64,000 bases of DNA from a virus. The DNA is taken from the IMG/VR virus record IMGVR_UViG_3300029813_000255, positions 1 through 64,000 of that record; one strand, 5' to 3'. This document shows, piece by piece, positions 57,699-64,000 of the stretch (positions are counted from its first letter, which is position 1; each line of letters opens with the position of its first letter). The position numbers and the translations under genes are program-made. The notes beneath the pieces are model-generated. The model made no database searches. It was not told the DNA's origin and saw nothing but the letters and a program-made list of their open reading frames with translations.

Positions 57699-57947
57699 AT
57701 GGGAGAAATAGTAAAAGATAAATTAGGAAAAAAAGTAAAAGTTGATAGAGTATCAGGGTATCTCTACTTTACAAAAGGAGACCCAATAAGCATATACAGA
57801 GCGAAGATGCAGCACAAAGGACGCAGCAAATCAAAACAAGCACACATACTTGTAACAAAGACAAGTGTACCGCGTACAAAAGGATATATGTTTTATTTGG
57901 ATAAATCAGGCTGCCTCGCGCGAGCCAGAATGGGAAAGAAGAAATGA
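57699..57947 (+). CDS. Small basic protein resembling archaeal chromatin protein CC1 (tandem R..GY.(Y/F)...RA.M)
   Basis: DRVSGYLYF...RAKM / PRTKGYMFYLDKSG..ARARM; family recalled from memory. Confidence 0.5.
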   Translation: MGEIVKDKLGKKVKVDRVSGYLYFTKGDPISIYRAKMQHKGRSKSKQAHILVTKTSVPRTKGYMFYLDKSGCLARARMGKKK

Positions 57948-58141
57948 CCAAAACATTTAAATATAAGGAAAAATATGGAGTCAAATGGATTAGTGAAGAC
58001 GGTAAAACTTGGTTTGCAAATACACAAAGCGATGCTTTTGACAGTGGTATATGGAGTGGAGTTACAACTGAACAACTAAACGATCCAAAATACCTTGCCA
58101 AGATATCAGCGAGTAAAATCTACTGGAACAAATATGTGTAA
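57944..58141 (+). CDS. Hypothetical protein
   Basis: Coupled ORF. Confidence 0.5.
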   Translation: MTKTFKYKEKYGVKWISEDGKTWFANTQSDAFDSGIWSGVTTEQLNDPKYLAKISASKIYWNKYV

Positions 58142-58260
58142 GAAAAAAATAGGAAAAATAATAGATGTTAAAGTAAAGGGCAACATACTAAGATTTGTTA
58201 ACATACATAAAGGTAGTAAAGATGAATTTTCAATTGTTATCGAATCTGGACATATAAAAG

Positions 58261-59184
58261 ATGCAACTAACAAGCCAAGAACTACATAATGCTGGAATGA
58301 CCATCGTCAGATTTGCATCAACAGCAAGAACGCTGGTCAGAAAGAACGTATCCTCAGCGCACGCCACGACCATTTCAAAGAAGACAGGCGAAGCTATTGA
58401 CAACTGGTTAAGAAAGCAAACAGGACACATTATTTATGGATCGTTACCAAGTTATAGACAGTCATTTCAAGCCAGAAAACCGGTGGACTTAGACTTAGTT
58501 GTGGATGACTTAAAAGAAGCTGCAACCGAAATACTTGAACTTTTCAAAAAGACATCTAAAAAAGAGTCTCGAATCAAACAAACAAAATATGGATATTGTA
58601 TCCAGACTAAGACAAATGGAGCGTGGATAACAGCGGTGGATATACACAAACTCGGTACATATCACCGTAAGTATGTTCATGGTAGTACTCTCGAACCTTA
58701 CAAAAAAGACAAACTCATTATCCAAAGAATAACAGACCAGGTGTTACGAAAAGCTGATTCGGTAATGGAACAACGAATTATCAAACCTAAACGACACTTA
58801 AAAGACGTAGTGGACTTTATTAACATATCAAAGCTACTTATTGAGTCCAAAGAGATAAGACAATTAGCCAAGATAGCGAAAGGTAAAAAAGTAAAAGAGG
58901 CGAACCAGATTCTTGTAGAAGCAAAGGAAGCAAGAGACGCATTGAAAATATGGGAGCAATACGCACGCGCAATCAAAGATTACGGTAAGAAACACAGGAT
59001 CAAGAAAGCTGTAATACCACCTCAAAAGAAAGAACAATTCATTGCCTTTGCTAAGTCGAATCCTAAAATCGCTGTTGAGAACTTGATGTTTACCAATGGT
59101 AGCATTGAAAAAGTTGAGAAAATGCCGAAGCAAAAAGAAGATTTTTTTAGAAGTGTGTTTTTAGAAGTAAAAAATAGGAGGTGA
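58261..59184 (+). CDS. Pol-beta superfamily nucleotidyltransferase-like protein
   Basis: IIYGS...PVDLDLVV...VDIH...RHLKDVVD. Confidence 0.7.
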   Translation: MQLTSQELHNAGMTIVRFASTARTLVRKNVSSAHATTISKKTGEAIDNWLRKQTGHIIYGSLPSYRQSFQARKPVDLDLVVDDLKEAATEILELFKKTSKKESRIKQTKYGYCIQTKTNGAWITAVDIHKLGTYHRKYVHGSTLEPYKKDKLIIQRITDQVLRKADSVMEQRIIKPKRHLKDVVDFINISKLLIESKEIRQLAKIAKGKKVKEANQILVEAKEARDALKIWEQYARAIKDYGKKHRIKKAVIPPQKKEQFIAFAKSNPKIAVENLMFTNGSIEKVEKMPKQKEDFFRSVFLEVKNRR

Positions 59185-59511
59185 AACGAATGGCAAAGAA
59201 ACGAATCAATTATAAAAAATTAACACCCGCTCAAGCGCAAAAAATGATTGATGAATCAAAAGGAATGACCAAAGCAAAATGGGAAAAATTATGGGCTATA
59301 GCACATGGGAGAAATAGATAGTATAGGTGATATAAATGGTAGCAAAACGAATCAGTACAATGTCTATTACAGAAATTAAGGAAGAAAGGAAAGCAATCAA
59401 TGTTAAATTGGATGAGCCAAAACGAAAGGTATTCTCAAAGAGTACACAAGCACTATTGGCACGTGATAAAAAGCTTTTGATCAGATTAACAAAATTGCGA
59501 AATGATAGGAG

Positions 59512-59760
59512 ATGACAAGAATGGTAAAGAAAAAATTATGGATTCAATCCGCGACCCTAAAAGAAGGTACACTTAGCAGGCAGTTAGGTATCCCTATCAA
59601 GGATAACATACCTGTAACACTATTGAAAGCGATAAGAGATGCTGACATAGGTGAGACAATAAAAAATCCAACAAAGAAAGGTAAGAAGCAGTTCAAAGTT
59701 ACGAAACTATTGAAACAGCGAAGTGTTTTAGCTCTGACCTTGAAAGGGTTTAAGAAGTAG
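59512..59760 (+). CDS. Small basic viral protein (WIQ...LGIP...LALTL)
   Basis: Pattern common in small basic phage proteins. Confidence 0.6.
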   Translation: MTRMVKKKLWIQSATLKEGTLSRQLGIPIKDNIPVTLLKAIRDADIGETIKNPTKKGKKQFKVTKLLKQRSVLALTLKGFKK

Positions 59761-59763
59761 GAG

Positions 59764-59976
59764 GTGATAAAAATGGCAAAAAAGTTAACAACATCCGAAT
59801 GTAGAAAACGAGCACGGAAATATGAAGCAGAATGTAAATGGACAAAAGCATTAGAATGGTACGGTAAAGCAATAAGTCGGTATCCACACCCTATCGGTGC
59901 ACTTGCTGAATTGGATTTAAATAATCTTAAAGCGGCGAAACGTGAGGTAGCAGCATTTATCAAAGCAAATAAATAG
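59764..59976 (+). CDS. Small TPR-like helical protein
   Basis: WTKALEWYGKAI; RBS. Confidence 0.55.
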   Translation: MIKMAKKLTTSECRKRARKYEAECKWTKALEWYGKAISRYPHPIGALAELDLNNLKAAKREVAAFIKANK

Positions 59977-59979
59977 GAG

Positions 59980-60195
59980 GTGATAAGAATGGTAAAAAGT
60001 AAAGAAAAATGGAACGTTACATTTAAAAGAGAAGGTGGTAAGTGGTCTGTGCCGAAAGTATTTTCAACAGTTGCACTCGCTTTGAAAACAATGCGCTATG
60101 ACGACAGAGGTTACAAAATGAGCGGAGAGTACGATGTTGAGATCAGACGAGGTAGGACACGTAAGGGTAAATTGATACGACAATACAAACGGTAA
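59980..60195 (+). CDS. Small basic protein
   Basis: GGAGGTGA RBS. Confidence 0.55.
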   Translation: MIRMVKSKEKWNVTFKREGGKWSVPKVFSTVALALKTMRYDDRGYKMSGEYDVEIRRGRTRKGKLIRQYKR

Positions 60196-60218
60196 CATAA
60201 AAATAGAAGATGACATAA

Positions 60219-60500
60219 ATGGTAGGACACAAACTAAAATGTGAAATATGTGGGCGTAGAGTAAAATCGTATCTACGTCGTAAAGGAAAATATAAAGACA
60301 AATATACTTGCGATGCGTGCTGGAGTTATGAATGGAAAAAAGAAAAAAAAAACTCAAAGCAACCAACTGGAGTGAAATCTGAATTCCATGCCCCATGTCG
60401 CGAAAAATATCGTATTGCCCTTTCAGCTTTACGCTTTTTATGTAAATTCCATAATTGTGATGCCATTATAAAAGCGATTAGAAAGGACTTGAAAAAATAA
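60219..60500 (+). CDS. Zn-finger protein
   Basis: CEIC...CDAC. Confidence 0.55.
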   Translation: MVGHKLKCEICGRRVKSYLRRKGKYKDKYTCDACWSYEWKKEKKNSKQPTGVKSEFHAPCREKYRIALSALRFLCKFHNCDAIIKAIRKDLKK

Positions 60501-60893
60501 CGATTCTTAATTGTGTCATATCCGCTCTCTAACACAACAAAAACTAAGAGTTAATATCAAGTATGGTAGAAGCTATAATATCGCGTGTAACAATGGAATA
60601 AGTCTATCTCATACCATTTGATATGCGCATAGAAGATAGGAAACAACATACTTATAAAAAAATTGCAGCACATTCATAAAAAAAGTTTAGGCTATCGAAA
60701 GTCTTAAATACCTATATTACATTGTGCATAGATATGCACACAATAAAGAAGCTAAAATGGGGAGCAGTTACGGACAGCGGAGTATGCTTGGGATTGGTAG
60801 AGATAGCAATATACACGATAGGAATGTGATAAAAATGCTAACACGTACAAACCACAAAAGTTTGTATGAAGAAATTTTATCGCGCCCTCAGTC

Positions 60894-61211
60894 TTGGAAT
60901 ACATTGAACAACGCAGAAATGGAAACAATAAAAAAATTTGGAGAAAAATCAAAATGAGCAAAACGATTAGCTTCCCTTTTGAGTGGCGATATGGACACAT
61001 AAGAAAACTCACGAGAGAAGAAAAAAATGAAGCGAACAAGGAAAGGCACCAAGGCAAGAAACACTATCAAAAACCATGTGTACTGTGCGGTGAAGAGGGG
61101 CACATCGAATTTAGAAAAGTAAGTGAAGGCAATAGTTCTCTTATCTGTGAGTCCTGCGCCGAGCAATACGTTTTATCGGCGACAAGATTAATGGAGAAGG
61201 GAATAGAATGA
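60894..61211 (+). CDS. Zn-ribbon protein
   Basis: CVLC...CESC. Confidence 0.55.
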   Translation: MEYIEQRRNGNNKKIWRKIKMSKTISFPFEWRYGHIRKLTREEKNEANKERHQGKKHYQKPCVLCGEEGHIEFRKVSEGNSSLICESCAEQYVLSATRLMEKGIE

Positions 61212-61262
61212 GTAAAGTACTGGAATTTCTATCCGACACTATAAAGAGGAGTAGAGAAAAGG

Positions 61263-61550
61263 ATGAATGAAAAAAGAAAAATAAGCACTATATGGTATTT
61301 TGTTGCCATTGCCGCTGCGGGTTTGTTTTTGGTATATGCCGGATTAGCTATCGCATGGATAATACCTATGGGTGCAGAGAAGTTAGATACGTATTTTAAT
61401 GCTCCACAAGAAATTGCAGACGAAAGATTCATAGTAGAGTATCAAGAAACTGGTATTGGTATTTATCACGATAATGTGTTAAATGTAACTTGTTATTCAA
61501 CAGGTGTAGGACTTTCATGTATTCCTGATGGTGAAATAGGAAGAAGATGA
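61263..61550 (+). CDS. Membrane-anchored protein
   Basis: TM helix plus VTCY...GLSCIP. Confidence 0.6.
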   Translation: MNEKRKISTIWYFVAIAAAGLFLVYAGLAIAWIIPMGAEKLDTYFNAPQEIADERFIVEYQETGIGIYHDNVLNVTCYSTGVGLSCIPDGEIGRR

Positions 61551-61672
61551 TGAAAAAACGGAGGAAGAGCACGGAAGGTTGTTATGTATTAAAAGTTTAT
61601 ATAGAATGAAATTAAAGCATTTTACAGTGTTGAAATCTTATTTCATGTGTTATAGAGAGGTAGAGAAAAAGA

Positions 61673-61909
61673 ATGGAAAAAATGAAAGAAGAAGGAGTGG
61701 AAATAAATAAACGACAATGTACAATTTGCGGACACACACTACAAAAACGTAAGCCGGGATATGTATGTAAAAATTGGAACTGTCCTTTGTATTGGAAATT
61801 GGGAGTCGGTTATGTATTTCAAATAACTGAAGGTGGATATGTTATTAACAACAGACTTCCAATGATAAAAGACGTGTTACGAGTATGGAAAAATGAATGG
61901 AAAAAATGA
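61673..61909 (+). CDS. Zn-ribbon protein
   Basis: CTIC...CKNWNC; after TATA at 61591. Confidence 0.6.
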   Translation: MEKMKEEGVEINKRQCTICGHTLQKRKPGYVCKNWNCPLYWKLGVGYVFQITEGGYVINNRLPMIKDVLRVWKNEWKK

Positions 61910-62096
61910 CAATGGTTTAACTAAGCAAGTCTATCTTAGAGTTCCTGTTTTTGTGTTTGATGAAATGCAAAAGCATGGTTTACTGAATCCTGGATTAGAT
62001 GCGTGGTTTACAGCCGAAATTATGAAACGAATTATGGGTGGAAAAATGGAAGAGAAAAGTAACGATGAAAATAACAAAGTCATCCCCAGCAAGTAA
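61893..62096 (+). CDS. RHH-like small protein (paralog of 28478-28714)
   Basis: See alignment under 28478. Confidence 0.65.
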   Translation: MNGKNDNGLTKQVYLRVPVFVFDEMQKHGLLNPGLDAWFTAEIMKRIMGGKMEEKSNDENNKVIPSK

Positions 62097-62745
62097 AAGA
62101 GTTTCAAACATTAGATCGGAAAGAATTAAAGTTGAACTCACCACAGATGACGAACATTTTCGGATAGAAGAAATACCACCTTTTGCAGACTTTCCAGACT
62201 CAAAGAAGTACAGTTATAAATTTTTAGGATATACAAAAAATAAAAAAGGAGAAACCATACAAACATTCAGTGTAAGAAAAAGAAGGAAGAAAAAAGACGC
62301 TCACCTAACACTCAAATGGAACGCAACTATTAAACTAAATGATATAACAGACATTAAGGATAATGATAATTATAAATTAGTTACAGTTCATCTCGGACTT
62401 CCGAAACCTACAATACGAAACTTGAGAAACGAATTTAACAATTTTTTGAACCCAAAAACTTCAGTAAAATATAATCCTGATACAAACAAAATTCTAAAAA
62501 TTATGGAAACGGAAAAATATGCTTTTGGAATAATAAAAATGTTATTTGAGAAGGATGAAATATTTACTGAAGAAATAATGGAAAGATTCATTATCACTAA
62601 ACCAAGTGCATTAAAATATCTGACTCAATTAGAGCAACATGAAATAATTGAATCCGACTCAACCAGACATAATAAAAAAGTCTACATGCTTAAACTTGAC
62701 AAGGATGAATTAAAGAAGATGATAAAAGAATATTTTAAGTTTTAA
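62065..62745 (+). CDS. C-terminal winged-helix DNA-binding protein (paralog of 27892-28512)
   Basis: MKITKS start matches MKIQKS; PK..V.YN...YA..II..L...EI...KYL..LE...KVY. Confidence 0.7.
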   Translation: MKITKSSPASKRVSNIRSERIKVELTTDDEHFRIEEIPPFADFPDSKKYSYKFLGYTKNKKGETIQTFSVRKRRKKKDAHLTLKWNATIKLNDITDIKDNDNYKLVTVHLGLPKPTIRNLRNEFNNFLNPKTSVKYNPDTNKILKIMETEKYAFGIIKMLFEKDEIFTEEIMERFIITKPSALKYLTQLEQHEIIESDSTRHNKKVYMLKLDKDELKKMIKEYFKF

Positions 62746-62747
62746 AA

Positions 62748-62881
62748 TGAATTAAGTTTTCTTTATTCAAAAAATCACGGAGCTGTAAGATAGTTCTAAA
62801 GTAGAATTAAGTTTTCTTTATTCTACTCCATAATTAATATATACTTATTATGCGGTAGAATTAAGTTTTCTTTATTCTACT
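62748..62881. repeat. Three copies of an imperfect palindrome, 54-55 bp period
   Basis: (GTA)GAATTAAGTTTTCTTTATTC(TAC), cores at 62749, 62804, 62858. Confidence 0.9.
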
Positions 62882-63396
62882 TTTTATCTACACGAACGAA
62901 GCACGTAGAGAAGGTATTGTAAGTAAAAAACCACTTTAAGAGATATTTCAGAATGTTCTATTTTTAATTACTAAATTTAGTACACATCCACTCCTATCAT
63001 ATCATATCGCTTCGCTCTTTTTTCTGACTTACATAACTAAACAAAAGAAGAAAATTGAAACGGAGCGAAGCGTAGTGTAAGAATATAATTGGAGTAGCTA
63101 AATCAGAAAGTAAGACCTAAATTGGTTGGTAGCTACATACCTAAGCCCACCCTCCACCCCTATATTCTCTCTTAACGAGAGAATAAGAAACAACTACTCT
63201 GACAGGTATTTAACTAATATGGACGATTATAATCAGAAATATAAAACATTAGTACATTGTTTATGTTGGAACGCTTGAGAAGAGATGTTATAAATAAACC
63301 TTTATATACAACAAAATCATAATAAAATAAAATACTCCAGTAGGTAAATTACACTACAAAGATAAAAAGCGAACTAAAACAAACTTAGATAGCGAA

Positions 63397-63813
63397 ATGG
63401 CGTATGGAAAAGGGAGATCGGATGGGTTCGGTGGAAAGAACCTACATAGTATATATATTACTGAGACCTACTGGGCAGCGTCAATGGGTGCATCTGTCCT
63501 CTATTCGACCCTTATTGGTGGCGAAGTCCTTACACAACGAAAAATTACGGAGTTTATTAAATCTTTCCGTACATTTTTTTTTAATACGTATATTGAGATA
63601 GGACAGGATAACGAAGACTTGGTGGATAAAATTGAAGACAAGTTCAAGACGCTATCTATATACAGTAAGGTAAGCGGAGGCGAAATAATAATTAACAGAA
63701 AGCAGTTGATGAGCTTGTTAACGTTATGGGATAGCTTTAACATTCAGGTACAGCAGAACCCATTGATGGAAATTATTAAGCATACTGACGTGATGGGAGA
63801 TAGGGAGTGGTAG
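63397..63813 (+). CDS. Hypothetical protein
   Basis: After TATA at 63296. Confidence 0.6.
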   Translation: MAYGKGRSDGFGGKNLHSIYITETYWAASMGASVLYSTLIGGEVLTQRKITEFIKSFRTFFFNTYIEIGQDNEDLVDKIEDKFKTLSIYSKVSGGEIIINRKQLMSLLTLWDSFNIQVQQNPLMEIIKHTDVMGDREW

Positions 63814-64000
63814 ATGGAGAAACCAAAGAAAAGGATTTTGGAAGAGTCCGACTTTGTTAAGAGTCTCCGAAAAACGTTACACGATGGTTTTGGTAAGTTT
63901 ATTATTTGCACAGGACTACCAGGTACGGGGAAGTCATACTGCGCGATCAGATTACTTGAAATAGTTGATCCTAACTTCTCTGCTGACAATATTGTAGTTG
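63814..64000 (+). CDS. P-loop ATPase, 3'-truncated (candidate morphogenetic/packaging ATPase)
   Basis: MEKPKKR...IICTGLPGTGKSYCAIRLLEIVDPNFS; Walker A. Confidence 0.75.
   Translation, partial: MEKPKKRILEESDFVKSLRKTLHDGFGKFIICTGLPGTGKSYCAIRLLEIVDPNFSADNIVV

Larger units (their letters stand above)
1..64000. mobile_element. Archaeal virus genome segment (probably spindle-shaped/non-tailed; methanogen/ANME-type host)
   Basis: Dense co-oriented ORFs, archaeal-type PolB/PCNA/RFC/primase, TATA-box promoters, GGAGGTGA RBS, two-helix MCP-like protein, HNH endonucleases, no cellular housekeeping operons. Confidence 0.85.

Noticed and set aside
62748-62881. Mini-CRISPR array
   Set aside because: The repeats are AT-rich dyads without a CRISPR-like terminus (e.g. 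GAAAC/GAAAG), sit at the end of a wHTH gene and are mirrored by a different dyad at 27829; binding sites are more plausible
92-63989. Most minus-strand ORFs in the track (e.g. 11093-11524, 41248-41859, 56989-57405, 63744-63989)
   Set aside because: They are antisense shadows of purine-rich + strand genes (F/L/S-rich, no RBS); only 25199-25510, 27892-28512 and 28478-28714 are supported
1-64000. Head-tail (Caudoviricetes) virus or integrated provirus
   Set aside because: No terminase, portal, HK97 capsid, tail genes, integrase or host flank recognised in the window

Overview
AT-rich segment of an archaeal virus genome with almost all genes on the + strand. It is most likely a large spindle-shaped (non-tailed) virus of a methane-cycling euryarchaeon; ANME-1/Methanosarcinales-like surface domains point that way, but the host is inferred. 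Layout: 1-18 kb replication and nucleotide module (RFC-like clamp loader, SSB-like and annealing proteins, PriS-PriL primase, PolB, PCNA, ThyA-like, DinG/XPD helicase); 18-27 kb glycosylation cluster, a lone minus-strand two-helix major-capsid-like protein and a prepilin peptidase; 30-55 kb membrane and virion/adhesin genes plus two NUMOD3-HNH endonucleases; 55-62 kb array of small basic proteins; a P-loop ATPase runs off the right end. No integrase, terminase, portal, HK97 capsid or CRISPR array was seen. The standout is a compact cassette at 4238-5560: promoter, small ORF, stand-alone Cas7/RAMP-like protein, DUF559 nuclease, a non-coding array of 20 NN-GGY pentamers closed by a hairpin, and then a tRNA-like fold. 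Read as codon positions 1-2 (skipping wobble bases), the variable dinucleotides spell a diverged version of the gene directly upstream. This suggests an RNA-guided, gapped-code anti-competitor or homing system. Two oppositely oriented RHH+wHTH+palindrome modules 35 kb apart are candidate origins. All protein calls come from motif recognition by eye; no searches were run.
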